64,000 nucleotides of DNA from Desulfovirgula sp. (GTDB lineage Bacteria; Bacillota; Desulfotomaculia; Desulfotomaculales; Nap2-2B): contig DYES01000069.1 in NCBI GenBank assembly GCA_020725585.1, forward strand, positions 1,750 to 65,749, in the 5' to 3' direction. Positions 18,272 through 26,084 of this stretch are shown one piece after another. The notes under the pieces are model-generated. The model saw only the letters and a program-made list of their open reading frames with translations. It was not told the origin of the DNA and did not search any database. The stretch's first letter is position 1; every line of letters starts with the position of its first letter. Both the position numbers and the translations under genes were made by a program.

Positions 18272-19168
18272 TTATGGAACCAGCGTGTTTTTTAAACAAC
18301 GGCAAACCTCCGAATATTCCCTTGCCATGTCTTTGATAATCTCGCCGGCCGGCTTAATCTCCCCGACCTGGGCAACGCTTTGACCGGCGCTCCAGATATC
18401 CAGCCAGCGCTTTGACCCCAATTGGGGCTGTTTTTCCACCTTTTCTATGCTTTTCGCCAGCCAGCTGGCCGGGTTCCCCGTAATCCGGTCGGTAACGACG
18501 ATGTCTTCCGGACCGGCGGCAATAACCGCATCTTTATATGCTTGCGCCGCTCTCGCCTCTGAGGTGGCGATCAGGCGGGTACCCACGATCACCGCGCACG
18601 CTCCCACCGCAATGGCCGCGGCCATCTGGGCGCCCGTGCTGATCCCCCCCGCCGCAATTACAGGCAGACCTACTTTCTCCTTTAGATATGGGACCAGGAT
18701 TAAGGCCGGGATGCTGCCGCAATGGCCTCCTCCCCCGGCGCCTACGGCCACCAGGCCGTCCACACCGCAATTGCGGGCCCGCAGCCCCTGTTCCAGGGAG
18801 ACGACGCCCGCAAACACTTTCCCGCCGCAGGCGTGCACCTCATTCGCAATCAACCGGGGGTCTCCAAGAGCGGTAAGAAAAAACCTGACGCCATAATCGA
18901 GGCATAAGGCCAGTTGCTCTTTCCAGGGAAATTTACCGGAAAGGTGGATGTTTACCCCGATGGGTTTATCCGTAGCTTTCCTTATGCTCTCAAGGGCTTT
19001 TTTCAGATCGGCAAGCGTCCTGTAATTGGGCAACGGGATGGTGCCCAGGCCGCCCGCTCTGGAAACCGCCACGGCCAGTTCCTCATAGGAAACTAAAAAC
19101 ATGGGTGCCCCGATTATGGGGTAGTCAATCCCGAGCATCTCCGTAAAAACGGTTTTAATGCCAAGCAT
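18272..19168 (-). CDS. NMO/2-nitropropane-dioxygenase family flavoprotein (FabK-like enoyl reductase family)
   Basis: 298 aa. GIDYPIIGAPMFLVSYEELAVAVSRAGGLGTIP and GVDGLVAVGAGGGGH are typical of the NMO/FabK TIM-barrel family. Confidence 0.82.
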   Translation of the reverse strand: MLGIKTVFTEMLGIDYPIIGAPMFLVSYEELAVAVSRAGGLGTIPLPNYRTLADLKKALESIRKATDKPIGVNIHLSGKFPWKEQLALCLDYGVRFFLTALGDPRLIANEVHACGGKVFAGVVSLEQGLRARNCGVDGLVAVGAGGGGHCGSIPALILVPYLKEKVGLPVIAAGGISTGAQMAAAIAVGACAVIVGTRLIATSEARAAQAYKDAVIAAGPEDIVVTDRITGNPASWLAKSIEKVEKQPQLGSKRWLDIWSAGQSVAQVGEIKPAGEIIKDMAREYSEVCRCLKNTLVP

Positions 19169-19201
19169 TTTTACGACACCCCGCGTCTTTTCGAACTGTT
19201 T

Positions 19202-20440
19202 TCACTTTGGTCCCACAATGATCACGCTTACCGTTGCTCCCCCCGGGGTGCCCCCCAGGTTATGTGCCAGACCCAGCCCCGGGTTCTTTACCTGGCGCGG
19301 CCCTGCCTTCCCCTGGATCTGCTTGTAAAGCTCGTACACCATCCGCAGGCCCGTCGCCCCGATCGGGTGGCCGAAGCATTTCAAACCGCCGTCCATGTTT
19401 ACAGGCAACTTACCGTTTAGCTCAAAGGTGCCGGCCTCAATTTCCTCCCTGGCGCCGCCGCGACGCGTAAACTGCAGGTCCTCGTAAATAACCGCTTCCG
19501 TAATGGAAAAACAGTCGTGGACCTCCGCCATACTTATCTCCTCGCGCGGGTTTTTCACCCCCGCCTCCGCGTAAGCGGCCGCTCCCGCGCGGTAAGTTTC
19601 CTTTACCATCGTCCAGTCGTGCCGGGGGTTCATGTACCCCTCCTGCGGACCCACGGCAACCTGCAAGGCTTTAATGTAAACGGGATCGGGCCGGAAATTC
19701 CGGGCCAGCTCTCCCCTCACCAGAATGGCCGCGGCCGCGCCGTCACTCACCCCGCAGCAGTCGAGCAGCCCCAGCGGCCAGGCAATGATGGGGGCGTTCA
19801 GCACCTGCTCGACGGTTATCTCCCTCCGGAAGTGCGCCTTTGGGGAAAGAGTGCCGTTTTTGTGGTTTTTCACCATGATTTTCGCCAGCATCATCCTGCC
19901 TTCTTCAGGGCTCAACCCATACCTGTTAAAATAGCTTGTGGCCATCATGGCAAAGTGCCCGGGGGCCGTAAACATTCTGCTCCGAAAGGTATTCAAGGCG
20001 GTCGAAGTAAGGCCCATGGCCAGTTCGTCAGTGGGCAGCCCGCTGTAGCCGGAATCTTTTAATTTCTCCGCACCGACGGCCAGAGCTATATCACATGCGC
20101 CCGACGCCACCGCGTAGGCGGCCTGCCTGAGGGCGTCAGAAGCAGTCGCGCACATATTTTCCAGCCTGGTCACCGGCTTATAGTCCAGCTTTAAAGTTGT
20201 CGCCAGCGGCTGGCTCGGGGCCGGGACGCCCGACCAATAAGAGCCAAACCAGACTGCCTGGATGTCCCCGGGGGAAATGCCGGCGTCTTCGCAGGCTTCG
20301 TAGACGGCTTCAATAACCATATCATTTAGGCTCAAATCCCAGTTTTCGCCGAATTTAGTACATCCCATGCCAACTATGGCAACTTTATCCTTTATGCTCT
20401 CCACTTCGGTAACCTCCCGCACGCAGGCTTGCTTTAGCAA
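19202..20440 (-). CDS. SCP-x-type thiolase (catalytic residues intact)
   Basis: 412-aa ORF. An alternative GTG start at 20404 follows GGGAGG. Motifs: ENMCATASDALRQAAYAVASG (nucleophile Cys), EVHDCF, and DGGLKCFGHPIGATG. Confidence 0.85.
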   Translation of the reverse strand: MLKQACVREVTEVESIKDKVAIVGMGCTKFGENWDLSLNDMVIEAVYEACEDAGISPGDIQAVWFGSYWSGVPAPSQPLATTLKLDYKPVTRLENMCATASDALRQAAYAVASGACDIALAVGAEKLKDSGYSGLPTDELAMGLTSTALNTFRSRMFTAPGHFAMMATSYFNRYGLSPEEGRMMLAKIMVKNHKNGTLSPKAHFRREITVEQVLNAPIIAWPLGLLDCCGVSDGAAAAILVRGELARNFRPDPVYIKALQVAVGPQEGYMNPRHDWTMVKETYRAGAAAYAEAGVKNPREEISMAEVHDCFSITEAVIYEDLQFTRRGGAREEIEAGTFELNGKLPVNMDGGLKCFGHPIGATGLRMVYELYKQIQGKAGPRQVKNPGLGLAHNLGGTPGGATVSVIIVGPK

Positions 20441-20461
20441 GCCGGGGAAATCTGCCTGTGT

Positions 20462-21877
20462 TCACCTCACCGGCCTGCACTTCCACCAGTAAACGCTGAT
20501 GCCTTCTATTTCCCGAAACTTCCGGAACGTCATTTCTACCGGCATTCCTATTGTTACCTCCGCAGGGTCGCGGTCGGTCACATCCATCATGATTCTCCCC
20601 CCGCCTTCAAAATCGACTACAGCAACGGTCGAAGGCGGATCGGGGGAAACGGCCAGGCTGTCGTGGGAAAACGTTGTAATTTTCCCCTGTTTATCGGCAA
20701 AAAGGTAGTATTCGAAATCGTCTTTGGAACGGCACTCCATACAGATCCTCTGTACCGGATACTGGACGGTGCCGCAACGCCTGCACTTGACCCCGTAAAG
20801 GGCCATTCCGCACTTTCGGTCTCTCCATAAGGCCACCGCCGACACCGGCTCCTGGCGGGGGCGCGCCGGCGGCTCGGCGGGAAGAAATCCGCGCCAGCGC
20901 AAGTATTTCTGGTAGCTCAGCTTTCCCTTGGAGGCAAGCAGCCTTTTGACCGTATTGCGTCCCCTGGCCCTGGAAATTTCATTTGTGACGGTCAAGGCTA
21001 TTACGTCACAACCGTCGCCGTAAGATACCCAGAGGATCTTTTCGCCCGGCCCGGCCTCTTCCAGGGCCGCGGCAAGCAGCAGCAGAGGCTGGGCAGTTCC
21101 GCTGGCGCCCACTGCGTTGCACAGAGAGTCCTGAACCTGGGTTTTTAGATCAAACCCCAGCATTTTGGCCACAGTGCTTAAGTACCCGGAGTTTGGCGCA
21201 GAAAAGACGGCCCTGGAAAAATCTCGGGCGGTCATCTTAAATTTCTTCAACGCCGCTGCAACAGCCTCGGCAACCGTTTCCACATAACCCTTTTCCCGGA
21301 CAAAGCGGTCTTCCCACGAACGTAAGCAACGCTCCTCCGCCGGCCGGTAGACGTCATAGATCTCGTTGCTGCAGCTGTACATCTGGTCAATTGTAGCCAC
21401 AACGCCGGAATCGCTCAGCAGAAGGGCAGCCGCACCGTCGCCAAGCTCCAGCTCCTTCGGCCCGTTGGGCAGCCCCAAACGAAGGTCTGAAGCACAGACC
21501 AGCACGTTTCTGGCTCTTTTCCCCTGGATTGCCCCCGCCGCCAGCCTTGCGCCGCCTGTCCCCGATCGCAGCGAACCGGCAAGATCGATGGTCAGCACCT
21601 CCCGGCCGAGATCCAGTGCGGCCGCCACTAGAGCCGCCGACTGCTTTTCGCCGTAAGGGAAGGTGGTGGACGCCAGGTACAGTTCATCAATTTCCTGGGG
21701 GCCGAACCCCTTCAGACAATCCCTGCAGGCCTCAACCGCCATTGTAACGGCGTCTTCATCATAACTGGCAACCGCCCTTTCCCCCGGCAGAGGCAGCCCT
21801 CCCCAAAATGTGCTTATTTCTTCCCGGCTTAATCTGTAAAAAGGTATGTAGACACCGAAAGACTTGATCCCGACCAT
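20462..21877 (-). CDS. HMG-CoA-synthase-like condensing-enzyme fold fused to a C-terminal DUF35 Zn-ribbon/OB-fold domain
   Basis: The ORF runs 20462-22012. The likely start is the ATG at 21877 (MVGIKSFGVYIPFYRL) after AGGAGG, which removes the overlap with the upstream gene. The N-terminal ~350 aa are HMGCS-like (SYDEDAVTMAVEA, VSYGDGCD). The C-terminus has CRRCGTVQYPVQRICMEC plus an OB fold. Confidence 0.8.
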   Translation of the reverse strand: MVGIKSFGVYIPFYRLSREEISTFWGGLPLPGERAVASYDEDAVTMAVEACRDCLKGFGPQEIDELYLASTTFPYGEKQSAALVAAALDLGREVLTIDLAGSLRSGTGGARLAAGAIQGKRARNVLVCASDLRLGLPNGPKELELGDGAAALLLSDSGVVATIDQMYSCSNEIYDVYRPAEERCLRSWEDRFVREKGYVETVAEAVAAALKKFKMTARDFSRAVFSAPNSGYLSTVAKMLGFDLKTQVQDSLCNAVGASGTAQPLLLLAAALEEAGPGEKILWVSYGDGCDVIALTVTNEISRARGRNTVKRLLASKGKLSYQKYLRWRGFLPAEPPARPRQEPVSAVALWRDRKCGMALYGVKCRRCGTVQYPVQRICMECRSKDDFEYYLFADKQGKITTFSHDSLAVSPDPPSTVAVVDFEGGGRIMMDVTDRDPAEVTIGMPVEMTFRKFREIEGISVYWWKCRPVR

Positions 21878-21966
21878 AAGTACCTCCTGAAATGCCCTCG
21901 CCACTCCAATAAAGTCATTTAATATGAAGCGCTTTTTAGGTTTTTTGCTCTCTCTCCTTAATAGGG

Positions 21967-23403
21967 TTACTCTTCCCCTATGCCGGCCAACATTTCGGCA
22001 AGCTTTTTGCACTCGATTATCGCTTTTCTTGCCTCGGCGTAGATTGTCATCCTTTCAGCCTGCAGGGAGCCCTCCCCGTGAAGGGCGATTGTTTCCAGTT
22101 CCGCCCTGGTCATCCGGCGGATTAAATCGAACATCCGCAGCCTGTGCTCGGTAGGTATCCCGGCTTTGCCGCCCAGGTATTTCTTTATGTCTTCGTGGAG
22201 TTCAGGCAGCTGGTAATCCTTATACGTGGGCGCCGTGACCAGCAAGCCGCCCGCCAGATCCTGCACAATTTTCACCACATCGTGATACTTGCTGGCAAAA
22301 TGGTACTTGGCTATATTGGTGGTCACCGGATTCGGGACCGGTATCCCCCCGTGGACTACGTAATCCAGACAGGCGGAGCGCGACAAAGACCGGAGCGTTT
22401 CCAGATAAATCACCAGATCGGTAATTTTTTCGCGGACGTGAGGAACGTTTGCCACTCCGTTGTACTCGGCAATCGCCTGCGCCGCTCCTAAAAACTGCTC
22501 GGACAGCGGTATCCGGTACGCGCACCCGGTGCGCCGGTGCAGGAGGGCAAAGTTGTAGACCATTGTAACCGCGTACTGCCATTCTCCGCAAAGGAAGACG
22601 CGCTCCCAGGGAACAAAAACATCGTCAAAGATAATCAGCGAGTCGGTGATCATTTTCACCGGGCGCTTCCGCGGAAATTCGAAGGGGGTGATAAAGGGCT
22701 TGAAGGGACGGACCACCTGCTTTATTCCTTTAGCGTTGGCCTGGATGGCAAAGGCGACGGCGTAATCCTTATCTTCTTCCACCATGGCCCGGCAGGGAAG
22801 GACGAAAAACTCGTTGCTGTAAGCGGCGCCCGAAATATGCGCCTTGGCTCCCCTGACGACGATCCCCTTGCTGTTTTTTTCCACCACCCGGACGTAAAAG
22901 TCTTTGTGCGCCTGCTTCGGGTCAGAAGGGCGCAGGAGCCGATCGCCCTTTACGTCCGTCACCGCCGCGACCACCGCCAGGTCTTTCTTTTTCAAATACC
23001 GGCGGTAGTTTTCAATCCTCTCGATGTACTCCTTGTTTCCCATCGCATTAGCGGTGATGCTGATCGCGTTTAAAGCATCCGCCCCGATGTCGTGAGCCAG
23101 AGGGATGTACCCGTCCCCCAGGGTTGTCGCCTGTACGATCAGCTCAAACTGCTTCAACAAATCTTCGCCGTTTTTCGGCACGTAGTAATAACGGCTGATC
23201 TCTTCGCCCAGCTCTTCATCGTAAACAACGGCCAGGTCCTTATAGGCAGGGTTGTGGGCCATTTCAAAATCAATGGCCATGCTGTTTACGCAAACGGAAA
23301 TTTCCGGATGGGCAGTGACATCTTCGACTTTTTCGCCCTTGTAATAAACCATCCTTCCGTCTTTTAAGCTTTCCCTATATTCGTCTGCCGTCATTAAACC
23401 CAT
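21967..23403 (-). CDS. 4-hydroxybutyryl-CoA dehydratase / 4-hydroxyphenylacetate-3-hydroxylase (AbfD/HpaB) superfamily protein
   Basis: 478 aa. The N-terminus MTADEYRESLKDGRMVYYKGEKVEDVTAHP and the overall length are typical for this superfamily. It has an LLHRRTGC motif near residue 290. Confidence 0.7.
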   Translation of the reverse strand: MGLMTADEYRESLKDGRMVYYKGEKVEDVTAHPEISVCVNSMAIDFEMAHNPAYKDLAVVYDEELGEEISRYYYVPKNGEDLLKQFELIVQATTLGDGYIPLAHDIGADALNAISITANAMGNKEYIERIENYRRYLKKKDLAVVAAVTDVKGDRLLRPSDPKQAHKDFYVRVVEKNSKGIVVRGAKAHISGAAYSNEFFVLPCRAMVEEDKDYAVAFAIQANAKGIKQVVRPFKPFITPFEFPRKRPVKMITDSLIIFDDVFVPWERVFLCGEWQYAVTMVYNFALLHRRTGCAYRIPLSEQFLGAAQAIAEYNGVANVPHVREKITDLVIYLETLRSLSRSACLDYVVHGGIPVPNPVTTNIAKYHFASKYHDVVKIVQDLAGGLLVTAPTYKDYQLPELHEDIKKYLGGKAGIPTEHRLRMFDLIRRMTRAELETIALHGEGSLQAERMTIYAEARKAIIECKKLAEMLAGIGEE

Positions 23404-23496
23404 CTGTCGTTCACCTCTTTATAAAAAATTGCAGAAAAAATTACGGTTTGGCCCGCATCCGCCCCGCAAAAGGGCAGCCCGCGGGCCGCATCTTTT

Positions 23497-25110
23497 CTAC
23501 CAGTGCGTGGGCACCCGCGGAGTTCCGCGGTGGTACGGCGGGAAGATCTGGTCTTCGTAGTTGGTGCCCATCATCGCGTCCACGCACATGACGGCGCACA
23601 AGGAAGCTCCGTCAACGCCTCCGCCCCACATGCGCTTTCCGTACTGATCGCCTACGAAGTAGAGCCCTTCTACCCACGGGCACTTCACATCCGGCCTCTC
23701 CTTCCCGACGGGGCGCCAGTGCCCGTAGGCTTCGTCGGAAGGAGTCCACAGGCTGAACAGCACGTCTTCCTCCCAGGTCGGGAACGTCTTTCTGGCCCAG
23801 GCCTCGCACCACTCTATGCACCTCTTCACCTTCTGCGGGTTGCGCATTTCCGCATCCGTCAGGGCCACGGAGAACACGAAATCGCGCATCCCGTCGGGGC
23901 CCCTTCCCTGTTTATCGGCAAGGGTAGGCTTAGATACGCTGCCCCGGGCGCTGGAAACCATGTTCCACATCACGACGTCAACGCAGCCGATATAACCTTC
24001 GTGTCTGATCACGCCGGGCATGTAGATGAAGCTCCGCTCGTCTACCCCTTTCTCCGCCCACACGTCCCTCTTCAACCCGATGAAGCCGGAAAGCAGCCCA
24101 GGCGACCAGAATTCAGTCTCGACGGTCTTAACCCAGTCCGCCGGGAAGTGTCTGCGGTGCAGAACGCTGAAGATGTTTTTGGGCGGGATGTTGCAGACGA
24201 CCGCGTCCGCATGGATGGTCTCCGTACCGCTCTTCGTGCGGATAATCACGCCCCTGGCCCGGCCGCCTTCAATAATCACCTGGTCAACCAGCGTGCTCCT
24301 TAAGATTTCACCGCCGTTTTCCACCAGGCATTCTTCCATTGCCAGGGGAATGGCGATGCAGCCGGGATTGGCCACCGTTCCAACGGAGCCAGTCACGAGG
24401 TTCATTTTGATGTCCCTCTGGATCGCCATGTAGCCGAGGAAATCTCCGGCGGGCGTCATTGCAGGCTCGGCCTGAGCCGTCTGGGAGGAAGCCAGAACCT
24501 TGATGTAGTCGTACGCCTCGGGGTGAAACCCCCTCTTGTCCAGCCATTCCTGAAGGGAAATATTCATTTGGGCGGCTGCTTCGGTAAGATCCATTCTCCC
24601 CATGTCACGTAGCGCCTTCATGGTCATGGCGTAGCCTTCCGAAGACATCCACTGGTACGGCTGGCCCTTCCCCACCTGGTAGGCCTTGTTGCCGCGTTCA
24701 TAGTCAACAAACGCGAATCCCGTGTTGACAGGGATGTCCACCGGCTTCCCCAGGTGGTCCAACAGAAAGCGCACCCTTCCCTTGTTGCCCCAAAACAGGC
24801 CGTGGCCTCCCGCTTCAAACGTCCAGCCGTCGAGGAGACCCTTCTTAAACATCGTCTCGATGTCCGGCTGGCAGTACCCTATCCAGCACTTGGCCAGTTC
24901 GAGCGCGTATTTAAAGCCATCCGCATCAAGCTCCAGGCCGTCGATAACGACCCTGTCCCCTTTGCCGACAAACGAAGCCACCCGCCCTCCGATGTACGGG
25001 GCCTTCTCCAAGACAAGCACTTTCATCTTGAAGTCCTTGGCCAGCATCGCCGCCACGCCCATGCCGCCGACTCCCGAACCAATAACCACGGCGTCGTATT
25101 TTTTCGCCAT
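23497..25110 (-). CDS. NAD(P)/FAD-dependent oxidoreductase, phytoene-desaturase (CrtI)-like
   Basis: 537 aa. YDAVVIGSGVGGMGVAAMLAK...VLVLEKAPYIGGR is the amine-oxidase/CrtI-type dinucleotide fold. Confidence 0.75.
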   Translation of the reverse strand: MAKKYDAVVIGSGVGGMGVAAMLAKDFKMKVLVLEKAPYIGGRVASFVGKGDRVVIDGLELDADGFKYALELAKCWIGYCQPDIETMFKKGLLDGWTFEAGGHGLFWGNKGRVRFLLDHLGKPVDIPVNTGFAFVDYERGNKAYQVGKGQPYQWMSSEGYAMTMKALRDMGRMDLTEAAAQMNISLQEWLDKRGFHPEAYDYIKVLASSQTAQAEPAMTPAGDFLGYMAIQRDIKMNLVTGSVGTVANPGCIAIPLAMEECLVENGGEILRSTLVDQVIIEGGRARGVIIRTKSGTETIHADAVVCNIPPKNIFSVLHRRHFPADWVKTVETEFWSPGLLSGFIGLKRDVWAEKGVDERSFIYMPGVIRHEGYIGCVDVVMWNMVSSARGSVSKPTLADKQGRGPDGMRDFVFSVALTDAEMRNPQKVKRCIEWCEAWARKTFPTWEEDVLFSLWTPSDEAYGHWRPVGKERPDVKCPWVEGLYFVGDQYGKRMWGGGVDGASLCAVMCVDAMMGTNYEDQIFPPYHRGTPRVPTHW

Positions 25111-25133
25111 TGCCAGACCTCCTTAAAAACCGT

Positions 25134-25161
25134 AATTTAAATAGTTACAATTTAAATAGTT
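25134..25161 (-). promoter_or_regulatory. two direct copies of AATTTAAATAGTT (each containing the palindrome ATTTAAAT), 15-bp period, just upstream of the CrtI-like gene
   Basis: Exact 13-bp copies at 25134-25146 and 25149-25161, in the A/T-rich 128-bp gap between the SDR gene and the oxidoreductase gene. Confidence 0.4.
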
Positions 25162-25238
25162 CTCTCTTTTTGTATTTAGGCTAAATAGAAGAATGAAGGT
25201 AACTTAAATTTTAATTAACAGTTAGATTAAAGTGCCAA

Positions 25239-26003
25239 TTAGAGCGACCCACCCCCATCCATAACGATAGTCTGACCCGTCACGTACGAAGAAGCATCCG
25301 AAGCCAGGTAGAGGGCAGTTCTCGCCACTTCCTCGGGCTGGGCGATGCGGTTTAAAGGAGTGTGCGCCATCTCCACTTCCATCAGCTCTTCATTTGTCCA
25401 AAGCGCCTCGCTGAATTTGGTCTGGACGACTCCCGGGGCGATTGCGTTTACCCGGATGTTGTACGGTCCCAGCTCCAAAGCCAGCTGCTTGGTCAACATG
25501 ATGATCGCCGCTTTGCTGATGCAGTACAGGCCCAGGCCTTTGTCCGGGCTGATTCCGCCGACGGAAGAAATGTTGATTATATTTCCTCCCCCCTGCTCGA
25601 TCATCAACTTGGCAACAAGCTGGCTTAAGATGGTATAGCCTTTTAAGTTAGTGTTCATGATCTGGTCGTACATTCTCTCGTCCATGTTCACCAGCGGCCC
25701 CATGCCCGGATTCGTCGCCGCGTTGTTCACCAAAATATCAATCCGGCCGTACGCCTCCCTAACCTTTTCGTAAAGATTGCGCAGATCCTCCGGCTTCCGG
25801 ACGTGGGCCGCAACGGGCAGGGCCCTTCTCCCCAGCTTGCGGATCTCCTCGGCCACCTCCTCAAGGTGCGGTTGGTTCCGGCAACAAAAGGCCAGATCCG
25901 CGCCCGCGTCGGCAAAAATCATGGCGATGGCCTTGCCGATTCCGCGGCATGCCCCCGTAACCAGGGCAACCTTTCCTTCCAGCGATAGATAAGAAATGTC
26001 CAA
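25239..26003 (-). CDS. SDR-family oxidoreductase (FabG-like 3-oxoacyl/3-hydroxyacyl reductase)
   Basis: 254 aa. Motifs GKVALVTGACRGIGKAIA, NNAA and the catalytic YCISKAAI (YxxxK). Confidence 0.9.
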   Translation of the reverse strand: MDISYLSLEGKVALVTGACRGIGKAIAMIFADAGADLAFCCRNQPHLEEVAEEIRKLGRRALPVAAHVRKPEDLRNLYEKVREAYGRIDILVNNAATNPGMGPLVNMDERMYDQIMNTNLKGYTILSQLVAKLMIEQGGGNIINISSVGGISPDKGLGLYCISKAAIIMLTKQLALELGPYNIRVNAIAPGVVQTKFSEALWTNEELMEVEMAHTPLNRIAQPEEVARTALYLASDASSYVTGQTIVMDGGGSL

Positions 26004-26084
26004 GACTACTCCCCCTTTTTGATAAATTTTTTATAAAAACTTATTCAGCCAACCTTACTGAAAAGCGCCTGAAAAGCATACATA

